From Candidatus Bathyarchaeia archaeon (lineage in GTDB: Archaea; Thermoproteota; Bathyarchaeia; Bathyarchaeales; Bathycorpusculaceae): a stretch of DNA of 64,000 bases. Positions 19,248 to 29,453 of this stretch are shown piece by piece. The stretch covers positions 416,001-480,000 of the forward strand of contig JBEKKK010000001.1 in the NCBI GenBank assembly GCA_050010755.1, written 5' to 3'. Below the pieces are notes generated by a model. It was not told the origin of the DNA. It ran no database searches and saw only the letters and a program-made list of their open reading frames with translations. The first letter of the stretch is position 1. Each line of letters begins with the position of its first letter. The position numbers and the translations under genes were made by a program.

Positions 19248-19997
19248 TTAAAGACCGCTGGGCGCCGTTTGTTGATGCAGCGTTATCTTTCCGTCCGCGT
19301 ACATTGGAACTGTTCGAAACACGTTCAGATTGCAGGAAAAATCTACGTCCCCTTTGAACCCCAGCTGCACCAGATGCTCAGCGTGTTTTGCTTTCATCAC
19401 GCTTCCGGTCAAATCATGCTCTGCCTGTTTGAACGCCAGCAGCGCCGCCTGGACCTTATCCGAAAAGTGAAACTTGCCCGTAGCGAAACCGTTTGCAATC
19501 GCTCCTGCACACAGGAAGTCTTCCAGCGAGAACTTGCCTTTCTCTCCAGACAAGACAAACGACACTCCGATCGTTTCCCTCGCAGCAATTTCCTCGGCCT
19601 TTCGCGCCGTTGTGAGGGCATTCAGGAAACCTCCCACCAAAATCCACTTCGCCGCCTTAGACTTAACCAAAGCCGCCGTCCCGCTCGTGGTCGTTATAAT
19701 CAAGGTTTTTCCTCCGACTCTCTCACGCGTGAATTCCAGAGGAGAATTTCCCAGGTCGAAACCCACGGGCTTGTGTCCACCTCTTTCGCCGGCGAGCAGG
19801 TACTCCGGATGCTTACCATGGAGTTTGTAGGCTTCCTCCAGAGTCATCACGGGAACTGCAGCTTGGGCACCATTAGTCAGAGCGTTCAGAATGCTGGTCC
19901 CAGACCTCAGAACGTCGATGACAATGATCAAGTCTCCGCGGCCTACAGCGTTCCTTGAGTCTCGCGCCCGAAATTCGAGATCAACCTGTATTATCAC
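19248..19997 (-). CDS. comB: 2-phosphosulfolactate phosphatase (ComB family)
   Basis: VIDVLRS, LLAGERGG....GFDLGNSP.E, TTTSGT, FSLED.LCAG. Confidence 0.9.
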   Translation of the reverse strand: MIIQVDLEFRARDSRNAVGRGDLIIVIDVLRSGTSILNALTNGAQAAVPVMTLEEAYKLHGKHPEYLLAGERGGHKPVGFDLGNSPLEFTRERVGGKTLIITTTSGTAALVKSKAAKWILVGGFLNALTTARKAEEIAARETIGVSFVLSGEKGKFSLEDFLCAGAIANGFATGKFHFSDKVQAALLAFKQAEHDLTGSVMKAKHAEHLVQLGFKGDVDFSCNLNVFRTVPMYADGKITLHQQTAPSGL

Positions 19998-20108
19998 ATG
20001 CCCACCCGCTTAGCTGCAGATTACGAACTGAAACTCATGGTTTGCGGAGTGTCTTCCCGTTTTCCTCTCAGTAGATTGCTAGTGTCGCCTCTATGAGGGC
20101 CTTGCGAT

Positions 20109-20417
20109 TCACATTAACGGTCTTGTCTTTCCGATGATACGTTCTAGTCTTCGCTTGTGAGCCTCGCGTGTCGTGAGCGGATAGATTTCTCTTTCGGTGT
20201 AGAAGAACAGGGGATCTTCGCCTATGATGCTCGCCAGCTCCTCGTCTGAACCTGCGTTGACAATCAAAGCATCGCCCTGATAACCTATAAGATGATATGA
20301 AATTTCAAGAGTTTTCGTCTTCTCCAGCTCATCCAGATACTTGAAATGGGCTGGAAGCAGCTTGGCCCACACGTCAACTGGGGTTTGTCTCACTTTCGTT
20401 ATTATCAAGAACTTCAT
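20109..20417 (-). CDS. Muconolactone isomerase/YciI-like protein
   Basis: MKFLII start (ATG at 20417), IVNA.S.EEL..I...DPL....EIYPL. Confidence 0.6.
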   Translation of the reverse strand: MKFLIITKVRQTPVDVWAKLLPAHFKYLDELEKTKTLEISYHLIGYQGDALIVNAGSDEELASIIGEDPLFFYTEREIYPLTTREAHKRRLERIIGKTRPLM

Positions 20418-20571
20418 TTCACATCGTTTTCCACTGTTGTGCCGATAATATAAATGACTTTTGGAAGACAGCGAATATGCAATGGAAGCTTGCAACGTAT
20501 GCTGCTAGGGCTCAACGCTAATGTTAAGACAGAGTTCAGCAGTATCTTTGAACAATGCGTTGGGATGAGTT

Positions 20572-21948
20572 TTGAAGAAAACTAAGATCGTCTGTACCAT
20601 TGGTCCAGCCAGTCTTTCCAAGGAGACGCTTCAGAAGATGCACCGCGCGGGAATGAACGGCGCGAGAATAAACACCGCCTACGGAACATTTGACCAGTAT
20701 GAACACGTGATTAGAACCATTCGCGAGGTCGCAGACATTCCGGTGATCATCGACATCAAAGGGCCTGAAATAAGGCTGAGAATGAAAGGCAGCAGGATTG
20801 TCAAGAGGGGAGACATTTTCGAGGCGGGATTCGAGAATGAGACGATAAGCTTCAGCAAGAACTTCTATGACAAAGTGAATGTGGCTGACAGCATCCTGGT
20901 TGACAATGGAAAGTTGAGATTGAAGGTCACAGAAAAAAGGAAAGATGCCTTGAAATTAGTCGCCCTAACCTCCGGCGAGCTGAAGGACGGAAAGGGGGTC
21001 AACATCCCGTACAAGAAGCTCACGGTGCCAACCCTGTCGAGCAGAGACCGCGAGATAGCGACTCTGGCAAAGGAAAAGGACGTTGAATTCATAGCTCTAT
21101 CTTTTACGAGAAATGCCAATGACGTGAAAAACCTCAGGAGAGAAACTCGAGGCTTCAAGGGCGCTGTCATGGCAAAGATAGAGAACTTTGAAGGCGTAAA
21201 CAATTTCGATGAAATCCTGGAAGCTGCGGACGGAATCATGGTGGCAAGAGGCGACTTAGGCGTCGAGATTGAACCCGAAAAAGTTCCGCTCGTACAGAAA
21301 TCGATAATCAAACAGTGCAACCAAAGAGGAAAAAACGTTGTAACCGCGACAGAAATGCTCGAATCAATGATGAACAGCCCGATACCGACCAGAGCCGAAG
21401 TCAGCGACGTTGCCAACGCGATTCTGGATGGAACGGAAGTCACTATGCTATCGGGAGAGACAGCGGTGGGACAGTACCCGGTTGAAGCCGTGATGATGAT
21501 GTCCAGAATCGCGGTTGAAGCTGAAAAGGCAATCGAAAACCACGTAGAGGACGAGGGATTTATCAACATCTCGGACACGATAAGCAGGGCGATTCAAAGA
21601 ATATGCCAGGAAATGCCCGTAAACAAAGTCGTCACTCTAACCAGATCGGGCTACACGGCAAGAATGATATCAAGATTCAAGATACCCCAACCAATAATAG
21701 CCGTGACACCTGGCCCGCGAGTCAAGAGACAACTTGAATTGGCGTTCGGCGTCTCGCCAGCATGCATAGATTACCTTGAGGAGAAAGACCGAATTCTGAC
21801 GGTCGCAAAACAGCTCCATACAGCAGGTCTGGTCAACGAAGAGGACATGATACTGTTCACCGCTGCTTTCAGAACCAGCCGAAAACACGCGAGCAACCTG
21901 ATTGAAATACACAGACTCGAAGAACTCACACAACCCCAAACCGAATGA
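20572..21948 (+). CDS. pyk: Pyruvate kinase
   Basis: KTKIVCTIGP, DIKGPEIR, AKIE, MVARGDLG, PTRAEVSDVANAILDG, MLSGETA.G.YP. Confidence 0.97.
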   Translation: MKKTKIVCTIGPASLSKETLQKMHRAGMNGARINTAYGTFDQYEHVIRTIREVADIPVIIDIKGPEIRLRMKGSRIVKRGDIFEAGFENETISFSKNFYDKVNVADSILVDNGKLRLKVTEKRKDALKLVALTSGELKDGKGVNIPYKKLTVPTLSSRDREIATLAKEKDVEFIALSFTRNANDVKNLRRETRGFKGAVMAKIENFEGVNNFDEILEAADGIMVARGDLGVEIEPEKVPLVQKSIIKQCNQRGKNVVTATEMLESMMNSPIPTRAEVSDVANAILDGTEVTMLSGETAVGQYPVEAVMMMSRIAVEAEKAIENHVEDEGFINISDTISRAIQRICQEMPVNKVVTLTRSGYTARMISRFKIPQPIIAVTPGPRVKRQLELAFGVSPACIDYLEEKDRILTVAKQLHTAGLVNEEDMILFTAAFRTSRKHASNLIEIHRLEELTQPQTE

Positions 21949-22068
21949 TCTCCAGCACAAACACGCCACAGAACGAAGCCCATTCCGTGCCAATCACAGC
22001 CTGCGTCCGCAAGTGCGCGACCCATGACATTCGAGTATCCGATTTCAAAGAATCAAGCAAAGCCGATG

Positions 22069-22896
22069 CTATGCTCTCTGAAAAGTCCGAGTGACGTTTT
22101 GCAGTTTTTCGCCCAGAATTTCTATATCGTCGATGTTGCCTAGGCCTTTCTCGTGGGCCCTGCGAATGTGACTTATTTCATGTGGGTCGAACCCCATGAT
22201 TCGGGATGCGGTTGCGTCCGTTGCGACGGGATCTTTCCCGGCTATTATCAAGTCCATCTTTACGGGTTTTCCATCTGTTGGGCCGCGTCCTTCCATGCCG
22301 ACGAAGCCGTCTATCACGGTCAATGATGATTTGAGCACGGTGTTAATGTCGACGATGACTTTGCTTATGCCTTGCACGTGATATTTTCCTTTGAACTTGT
22401 CCGGCAGAAGACCGAACATGTTTTTCATTCCCAATGTGACTTCTGTCGACATGTGGGTCTTGAGTTTCGGCGCGCTTATGATAGCGGATTCGGTGACGAT
22501 GCGAGGAACGGTCACGCTGCCCAGCGTTTCACAGTGGGGGATTTCTATCTTGACTCTGTCTTTGACGTGTCTCAGGTTGAGAAATTCAACGCCGTCCCGT
22601 TGGACCATTTCTCTCATGCCCGTCGCTTCATAGGCCTTGTCGGCGTTTGTCATTGTGGCATCTGATTCTACAACGTATATCTTGACGTTCAGATTCTTGA
22701 GTCTGTCTATGATGGCTTCAACCATCATCGGATCCGTAGTGGCGCCTGTGTCCCATGTTTTGACCGTTATGAAGTTGACTTTTATGAGAACGGTGCTCCG
22801 GCCGGACAGGGCCGCTTCATAGTCCACCAAGTCCAGCGCCTTGAAAACAGGCTCGTGCCCCCTTTCGCCTTTGACGATTGCAACTTTCGAAGTCAA
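22069..22896 (-). CDS. DUF362 domain protein
   Basis: VLIKVN, ATTDP, PKLKTH...TLGMKN.FG, DG..GMEG.GP..G, DPVA.D. Confidence 0.9.
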   Translation of the reverse strand: MTSKVAIVKGERGHEPVFKALDLVDYEAALSGRSTVLIKVNFITVKTWDTGATTDPMMVEAIIDRLKNLNVKIYVVESDATMTNADKAYEATGMREMVQRDGVEFLNLRHVKDRVKIEIPHCETLGSVTVPRIVTESAIISAPKLKTHMSTEVTLGMKNMFGLLPDKFKGKYHVQGISKVIVDINTVLKSSLTVIDGFVGMEGRGPTDGKPVKMDLIIAGKDPVATDATASRIMGFDPHEISHIRRAHEKGLGNIDDIEILGEKLQNVTRTFQRA

Positions 22897-22982
22897 TTTT
22901 TCCAGTTACCTGCTGCTTGCTTGTTGTGGTTAGAGGCAGAAGAAGTGCAGGTTGATAAAGGTTGAGAGGGAAAACTCGGATT

Positions 22983-24308
22983 TTATTTGGAGTGGGTCAT
23001 GTGCACGTTCTTGATGAGGATGTACGGGGCCAGTGAAGGTGGATCTGCTTCGCCCCACCAGTGTACGTGTTGTCTCTCCTTTGAAACGGCGGAGATGTTG
23101 CCGAGCATGGTTAGAACGTTGTCGCTCAGGCGCAGATCCTTCAATGATTGTCCGATTTCGCCTTTGTCAATCATGAAGATGCCGTCTCTGGGTATGGTTG
23201 AGAAGTCGCCCTTTGCAGAATTCTGGAACCGCGTGTACCAAGTGTTGGTCAGGTACAGTCCCTTCTTCACGTCTTCGAAAAGCTCGTCCTTGCTCGTTGG
23301 TCCTGCTTCCATTTCGATGTTCCACGGGGTCGGACTGATCAAGCCCGCGTTTCCAGTCGTCTTGGTTTTGAACATTTTTGCGGTGGAAGCGTTATGAAGG
23401 TACGTTTTGAGGACGCCGTGATCGATGAACGGGTTCATCTGCGTCGGAACACCCTCATCATCGAAGACCCTGTTAGACATAGAATAAGCAGCAGGATTGT
23501 CTTTCAGCGTGACCGATTCGGCCGCCACTCTCTTGCCGAGTTTGTCTACGAAAACAGACATTTGCACGAGCACGGAATAGGCTGAAACCATCCCGCCCCA
23601 CACTCCGAGCAACGAACCGTGAATCAGAGGGTCGAACACGACATCGTAGACGCCTTCGTCCCCAACTTTCGGACCTTTCGCCAATTTAGCTATCTCGCCG
23701 GCCTTTGCGCCCGCACGGGCGGGCTTGAAGTCTTTCAGGTTTGAGCAGCATTCTACTCCGTGGCCTGAGGCCTCTGTTTCTGTGAAAGCCCTGATTGAAA
23801 GCTCGATGGCTGATCTGCTGTCAACGCCGACGGGGCCTTCGGAAGAGGCTAGGTAAACGTCTTCGAATTTCGTGAAGAGTATGCCTCCGCTATCAACGTT
23901 TCCTCCGGCCTCCTTCTTAGCGGCTTCTACAGCTTCAAAGACGTATTCTGTCGGTTTTTCCAGGTCCTCAAGTTTTGCGTCTGCCTTACTCTTTGGGTAG
24001 TGGAAACTGCCCTGCGCGAAGCCTCCGAAAGTCGGGTTCTCCTGAGAAATCTTCGCAAGCTTTAGCAGCTGTTTGAGGCTGGCGTCAACGCCGATGAAAT
24101 TGTGTATCGTTGTAGCTACTACGCGTTTCTTCCAAGCCAGGGCCACGTCGGTTGAGTAGTCGTTCCAGGCGACGGTGATGTCGACCTGATTGTTGCTGAA
24201 ACGAACCTGCCGATACTTGCCAACAGTGGTCTTCGCGATGACCTGTTCAGCTCCGAGAGCTTTCGCTTTTTTCACGATGTCTTCAGTTTTGCTGAGCATG
24301 ACTGTCAT
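22983..24308 (-). CDS. TldD/PmbA family protein (TldE/PmbA-like partner)
   Basis: RFSNNQ, FDDEG.PT, TTGNAG, WYTRFQ; no HExxxH. Confidence 0.9.
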   Translation of the reverse strand: MTVMLSKTEDIVKKAKALGAEQVIAKTTVGKYRQVRFSNNQVDITVAWNDYSTDVALAWKKRVVATTIHNFIGVDASLKQLLKLAKISQENPTFGGFAQGSFHYPKSKADAKLEDLEKPTEYVFEAVEAAKKEAGGNVDSGGILFTKFEDVYLASSEGPVGVDSRSAIELSIRAFTETEASGHGVECCSNLKDFKPARAGAKAGEIAKLAKGPKVGDEGVYDVVFDPLIHGSLLGVWGGMVSAYSVLVQMSVFVDKLGKRVAAESVTLKDNPAAYSMSNRVFDDEGVPTQMNPFIDHGVLKTYLHNASTAKMFKTKTTGNAGLISPTPWNIEMEAGPTSKDELFEDVKKGLYLTNTWYTRFQNSAKGDFSTIPRDGIFMIDKGEIGQSLKDLRLSDNVLTMLGNISAVSKERQHVHWWGEADPPSLAPYILIKNVHMTHSK

Positions 24309-25729
24309 TTCACAAACACCCTCCTAAGTCGCAGGCACGGACCTCCAGTGTACACCGGAATCCCCTGGGAGGGATCTCCTTTTCCACAGGTAGCCGCGTC
24401 AAACTCGACTTTTTTCGAAACCGCGTCAACAGCAGTCCAAAACTTCAGGGTGGTCGTTTCAATCACGGGCCTGGCCACGGAATCCGTGAGTTCGCCGTTC
24501 TGTATCAGGTATGCTTCTCTGCCCACGTAGCGTTGGTTGAAACGCTTGTCATCGATGTTCCATTCTGTGAAGGATTTCATGTAGACGCCGTCTTTGACTT
24601 CTTCGATAAGCTCTTCCTCGGTCATTTCGCCTGGGAGAACGAACGTGTTCGCCATGCGAACTATCGCTTCTCGGTCGTAGTTGACGGATCTAGATGAGCC
24701 GTTGCTGTTGACGCTGAGCTTGGCTGCTGATTCCCTGTTCTGTAGAAACTCGTTTATGAGGCCTTCCTTGTACAGAAACCTGCGTCTGGCCTTTACGCCT
24801 TCGTCGTCGTACAGGTAATAGCCGTAGCTGTTCTTGACTGTGGGATCATCTACGACTGTTACGGCTTTGCTGCCGATCCTGGTGCCGAGCCAGTATGGTC
24901 CTCCCTTGTAGATGAAAGATCTGCCGGCCTGGCTCATTTCTCGTCCCAGGATTCTGTCGGCTTCCATCGGGTGGCCGCAGGATTCGTGTGCCGCTATCCC
25001 GGCGACTTCTGAGCCGCAGACCAGGTCCATGTTTCCGGGTTTGACGGTTTTCGCCTTTGTAATCACGTCTTTGAGAACTTTCGCGTCGTGGACCATTTTT
25101 TCGGGCATTTTCCATTTGCTGAAGGCTTCCCAGCCGCCGCTGTACCCGAACTGTTCGTATGCTTGTTCGGTTTTTCCCTGTTCGGCGACTGTTATGAAGA
25201 TGAAGGCTCCTATCTTGGGGACGTACGAGGAGATTTTTGAGCCTTCTGAATTGGCGAAGTATTTGGTTATCAGGTTTATCGAGCAGGATGCCATCGTCGC
25301 TGGAATCTTGACTTTTGAAGCTGCGAGGGCTTTGTCGGCTTCCATGAGTGTGGATATTCTCTCTTCGGGAGGAACGTTTTCAATCTTTTTTTTCTGTTCA
25401 ACGACCCATTTGGTCTTGACGCCCTTTTCCTCCTTGAAAACGAGTCTGTCCTTCCGTTTTGCGCTCTTGGCGTACTTGAATGCAACGTTCACAATCGTTC
25501 TGGCTTCTTCCTTCGTCCATTTATTCGTGGATGCAAAACCGATGCCGCCGTCGGCCATGATTCGAACGTTGAACCCGCTGTCAACGGCGGTGGCATAAGC
25601 CTCCACGACGCCGTTGCGCAGCATGAGCCCATCTTGAACCTGACTGTGCGCCCTAACTTCGGCGTACTCAACCTTCTTGCTCCGAGCATACTCGAGGGCA
25701 AAATCAGCGACTTCTTCGTCCATGCGCAT
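24305..25729 (-). CDS. tldD: TldD metalloprotease
   Basis: HESCGHPMEADR, YDDEGV, RMANT, CGKG.P.Q...V..GGP. Confidence 0.92.
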   Translation of the reverse strand: MRMDEEVADFALEYARSKKVEYAEVRAHSQVQDGLMLRNGVVEAYATAVDSGFNVRIMADGGIGFASTNKWTKEEARTIVNVAFKYAKSAKRKDRLVFKEEKGVKTKWVVEQKKKIENVPPEERISTLMEADKALAASKVKIPATMASCSINLITKYFANSEGSKISSYVPKIGAFIFITVAEQGKTEQAYEQFGYSGGWEAFSKWKMPEKMVHDAKVLKDVITKAKTVKPGNMDLVCGSEVAGIAAHESCGHPMEADRILGREMSQAGRSFIYKGGPYWLGTRIGSKAVTVVDDPTVKNSYGYYLYDDEGVKARRRFLYKEGLINEFLQNRESAAKLSVNSNGSSRSVNYDREAIVRMANTFVLPGEMTEEELIEEVKDGVYMKSFTEWNIDDKRFNQRYVGREAYLIQNGELTDSVARPVIETTTLKFWTAVDAVSKKVEFDAATCGKGDPSQGIPVYTGGPCLRLRRVFVK

Positions 25730-25815
25730 TCAATCCTTGAGCGTTATGTGCTGGGGTAGCGCATAAAAACTTTTAGAGAACTGGAACAACGGCGGATTCT
25801 TTTCATATTCGCCAG

Positions 25816-27423
25816 TCAGTTTTGACTCTTCAGTGCCCTTTCTAATGCGTCTGTGACGTTCTGTTTTCCCATAGCGAGAATGTAGGGTCCCAGCCTCGGG
25901 CCCTGTGGAACGCCGAGCAGTATCCGGTATATCGTCTTGAAGAATTGTGCTGGTTGAAGGCCGCGGTTTTTGGCTGTGTTGAACACCGCGTTTTGGATTT
26001 TTTCCGCGTCGTCTTCGACTTTCAGCACTTCAACCAGTTCTTCCAAAGCATTTCTTTCTTCGGGTTCCAGTTTGACTGAGGCTTCCTTTATCTGCCGGAA
26101 ATCTGCGGCCCAGTTGGATGCGTATTCGATGCGTTTTCTGGCGTTGCCGTCGAGTTTCTGGTCTCGCTGGAGATAGCCGTAGCTTCGAAGTTTTTCGGTC
26201 AGGTACTGTTCTTCATTGCCCTTGGGGGCAACCTTGGCCAAGTACGTCAGCAGGTTGTATGGCGCGTGAAAGCCCGGTTTCGTTGGACACTTCATGGCGT
26301 AGCAGTACTCGAACAGGCCTCGAAGCTTGGCCAGTTCCTTCTTGTCTTTGACTTCTTTTTTTCCGAAGTAGACGTCTTCCAGCTCGTCCAGTTCGTCCAT
26401 GTAGGTTGGAATGTCAACCACGTCCAGAGCGCGAGCGCCGACGAACCGCTTGAGGAGCAGCAGCATTAACGATTGGGGGGAGCCGTACCTGAACCAGGTT
26501 TGGGGCGTCAGCAGGAGTCCAGCGCTCTTGGAGAGTTTCTCGCCGGATTTGGCGAGGAACAATTCGTATTGTGCGTGAACGGGAGGTTCCCACTGTAGTA
26601 TTTCGCGGCAAATGCGATCGTTAACGCGCACCGAGTCGGCGACGTCCTTTCCGAAGGCTTCGAACCTGATGTCCAGAGCCTTCCAACGTACGGCAAACTC
26701 GCCTTTCCAGCTGAGCTTGCCCAGGCCTTTTCGGTAATCTACTTCGCCCTTGTGTCCGCAGCCTTCAAGCCAACGTCCTTTCACTTCCATTCCTTCGCAG
26801 CTGTAGAGGATCTTGTTCTCTTCCTCGACGAACTCGAATGCTTTTGTTGTGTAGATTCGACCGCAGTTCTCGCACACCGCGAAGTAGGGCAGAGCTTCCA
26901 AGAATTTTTCTTGTCCGAGTTCTTCGTTGACTATTTCGCCGATCTTTTTAGCGTTGACAAGTAGGGTTCTGATTTCTTCGTTGAACAGGCCTGTTCTGTA
27001 GGCTTCTGCTCCTGACATGAACTTGTATTCTATGCCGCACTTGTCCAATGCTTCCATGAGGAGCATGGCCATGTGTTCGCCGTAGCTTCGGTGACACTTG
27101 TAAACGTCTGGAATGTCTGTAACGGGCCGCCCAAGATACTGTTCTAGAGATTCAGGCATGCCGGCGGGAACCTTTCTCAGTCCGTCCTTGTCGTCGGCAA
27201 ATGCAACGAGTTCTGACGGAAAGTCCTGTTCTCTCAGGGCTAGGGTTACGCCGAAGGATCTGGCGGCGTCGCTCAGGTTGCCGATATGTGGAAGGCCTGA
27301 AGCGGCTATGCCCATCTCCGTTCTGATTAAACCCAGGCCTCTGCCGAGCTTCCGTTCCCTGGCAACCACTTTGGCGGCCGTCTTGTCGTACCATGTGCCG
27401 TGACCGATTATTTCCTCGCTCAT
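25816..27423 (-). CDS. lysS: Lysyl-tRNA synthetase, class I
   Basis: SGLPHIGN, DDKDGLRKVP, C..CGRI, E.FGKD, KLSKS, QGPRLG. Confidence 0.95.
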   Translation of the reverse strand: MSEEIIGHGTWYDKTAAKVVARERKLGRGLGLIRTEMGIAASGLPHIGNLSDAARSFGVTLALREQDFPSELVAFADDKDGLRKVPAGMPESLEQYLGRPVTDIPDVYKCHRSYGEHMAMLLMEALDKCGIEYKFMSGAEAYRTGLFNEEIRTLLVNAKKIGEIVNEELGQEKFLEALPYFAVCENCGRIYTTKAFEFVEEENKILYSCEGMEVKGRWLEGCGHKGEVDYRKGLGKLSWKGEFAVRWKALDIRFEAFGKDVADSVRVNDRICREILQWEPPVHAQYELFLAKSGEKLSKSAGLLLTPQTWFRYGSPQSLMLLLLKRFVGARALDVVDIPTYMDELDELEDVYFGKKEVKDKKELAKLRGLFEYCYAMKCPTKPGFHAPYNLLTYLAKVAPKGNEEQYLTEKLRSYGYLQRDQKLDGNARKRIEYASNWAADFRQIKEASVKLEPEERNALEELVEVLKVEDDAEKIQNAVFNTAKNRGLQPAQFFKTIYRILLGVPQGPRLGPYILAMGKQNVTDALERALKSQN

Positions 27424-27487
27424 ACTAAGCTCAGTCTCTGCATTGAGTGGTGAGACGAAAATAAAAAGGGTTTAGAAAAAGGAGGGT

Positions 27488-27835
27488 TTACTTTCTTCTG
27501 AAAGCTGCAGCTATCGCGAGGCCGCCGATCACGAGCAGAATCAAGGCTAAGGCGTAGATACCGTAGCCGTACCCGTCGAGGAACCATGCACCGCCAACTG
27601 CGATTAGAAGCAGACCCCAACCGAAGTAGCTGAATGCTCCCCGCCCGTACTTTTCAGGGTTTGAGTGCTGCAACTCGGACAGGACCATTAGCCAGATGCC
27701 GAACAGTCCGATGATCGTCGGTAGAATGTAGTATCCGCCGTACAGTTTTGCAGGATAGTAGAGCAAGATAGAGATGACGATGATGACGAATATGGCGCCT
27801 ATTGTCAGCAGGTTCCGGTCTGCCATTCTAGCCAT
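27488..27835 (-). CDS. Four-TM membrane protein
   Basis: Four hydrophobic segments; last gene of the Zn-ribbon/SPFH operon. Confidence 0.75.
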   Translation of the reverse strand: MARMADRNLLTIGAIFVIIVISILLYYPAKLYGGYYILPTIIGLFGIWLMVLSELQHSNPEKYGRGAFSYFGWGLLLIAVGGAWFLDGYGYGIYALALILLVIGGLAIAAAFRRK

Positions 27836-27856
27836 GCCTTATCCTCCCTTGCAGGG

Positions 27857-28828
27857 CTAGATTTTTGCGCCGCACTCGGGGCAGAACTTCGAGTTGGCGG
27901 GTATAGATTTTCCGCATTTGGGGCAGCTCATCGTCTGGTTTGAAGGTGGAGTTATTGTTGTTCCGCATTCTGGGCAGAACTTGGAGGTTGCCGGGACGTG
28001 GTTGCCGCATTTTGGACATATCACTAGGGCTGCAGCCGGGGCTTGTACTGGGCCTGTGGGCGTCATGATTTGTGGGATGAGCACCATGCCGGTTCCTAAG
28101 CCTGCTCCACCTCCGCCTGATTTTCCGAGGGATTCTGCGGCGCTTCTGACTGTTTCCATTCGCAGTACTTCGCTGGAGCTGGTTCCGCCGGTTCTGAGCC
28201 AGAAGAGTCTTTCACGGTATTCGGGGGTTGTGTCTATTCCTTCGAAACGGAGGTCGGTGAGTTCTAGGCCTACTCGTTTGAAGTAGTCTTGGATGGAGTT
28301 TTTGACGATTATGGCTGTTTCGTCGAGTTTTGTGAAGACTGTGAGTAGGTCGTAGTGTGAGAGTTCGTTGATCATTTTCTCGTTTAGGAACCCTCTTAGG
28401 TAGTTGTTTACGTCTTCTGTAGAGTATGCTTTTTGTCCGCCCACGACTTCGTTTACGAAGAGTTGTGCGTCCTCGAGTTTGAAGAAGAATGTGCCGTGTA
28501 CTTGTAGTGGTGCCAGCTCGGTGGTTTGGGCTTGTGTGCCGTATTTGCCGTTGAACACTCGGGTTGAGATGTAGATTACCATTGCCTTGAACGGTTTGTC
28601 CTTGTAGCCGGCGATGCGGGTTAGCAGTCCTGTCACGAGCGGAATATTCAGGGTTGTCAGGGTGTGTCTTCCTGCCTGGAAGACATCGTATGCTTTGCCG
28701 TCCCTGAAGAACACTGCGACTTCGTATTCATGGACGATGAGTTGGGCGCCCCACGTTATGTCTTCGACAGGATATTTCCACAGGATGTCGTCTGGTCCTG
28801 CGTTTGTCCATTCTATGATTTGCGGCAT
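27857..28828 (-). CDS. SPFH domain protein (YdjI-like) with a C-terminal double zinc ribbon
   Basis: WKYP...I..GAQLIVHE..VAVF.RDGK..D.F..GRHTL.T.N.P; two CPKCG...SKFCPECG units. Confidence 0.88.
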   Translation of the reverse strand: MPQIIEWTNAGPDDILWKYPVEDITWGAQLIVHEYEVAVFFRDGKAYDVFQAGRHTLTTLNIPLVTGLLTRIAGYKDKPFKAMVIYISTRVFNGKYGTQAQTTELAPLQVHGTFFFKLEDAQLFVNEVVGGQKAYSTEDVNNYLRGFLNEKMINELSHYDLLTVFTKLDETAIIVKNSIQDYFKRVGLELTDLRFEGIDTTPEYRERLFWLRTGGTSSSEVLRMETVRSAAESLGKSGGGGAGLGTGMVLIPQIMTPTGPVQAPAAALVICPKCGNHVPATSKFCPECGTTITPPSNQTMSCPKCGKSIPANSKFCPECGAKI

Positions 28829-28829
28829 T

Positions 28830-29372
28830 TTAGCTCACTGCTCCCATCATTACTTCTTCTCTTTTGCTGAGGGTTTCGTCGAATGTTTCCAGCGTGTCGA
28901 TTAGGTTTTGCACGCGGTCTTTGGCGTTGTCGAAGTTCTGTTTGGAAACCTCGGTTTTGAAAACGTCAACTTCGTTTACGATGCTGTTAACCTGGTCGAT
29001 TAGCTGGTTGTCGAAGTTGGTCATCCTGTCAAGGGCCGCTTCTTGAATCTTGACGACGTCGAAAAAGCCAGTGTATCCGTAAGAAGCATGGCTTATTTTT
29101 TCTATCACTCTGTCGAATTTGGCGCTAAGCCTGTCCATGTCTGTGAGAAGGTCCAGCTGGCGATTGTCAGCCATTCTCTGAAAAATTGTTTTGAAGTTGG
29201 TTCTCGCAATTGTTAGCTTCATGGTAAGATGGTTGCGGATAAGTTTGTCTGACTCCCTGCGGATTTCTTTCTGTTTGTAACCGCGAAATCCTGGGATTTC
29301 CGCGAGAAGCCTTTCTGAGAGGCGCATCTGACCCTGTGCCGTTGCAAGAACATCATCATTTTTTTCACTCAA
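28830..29372 (-). CDS. Conserved helical hypothetical protein
   Basis: IPGFRGYK.KE.RRE.DKL.R and A.YGY.GFFD.VKI...LD motifs; operonic. Confidence 0.75.
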   Translation of the reverse strand: MSEKNDDVLATAQGQMRLSERLLAEIPGFRGYKQKEIRRESDKLIRNHLTMKLTIARTNFKTIFQRMADNRQLDLLTDMDRLSAKFDRVIEKISHASYGYTGFFDVVKIQEAALDRMTNFDNQLIDQVNSIVNEVDVFKTEVSKQNFDNAKDRVQNLIDTLETFDETLSKREEVMMGAVS

Positions 29373-29453
29373 GATTTAATTCCTCACAAATTCGTTTCGT
29401 CTGTATACAGATTTAGGGTCGCTTTTAAAGTTTGTTCGCCATTCTCGCGATTA

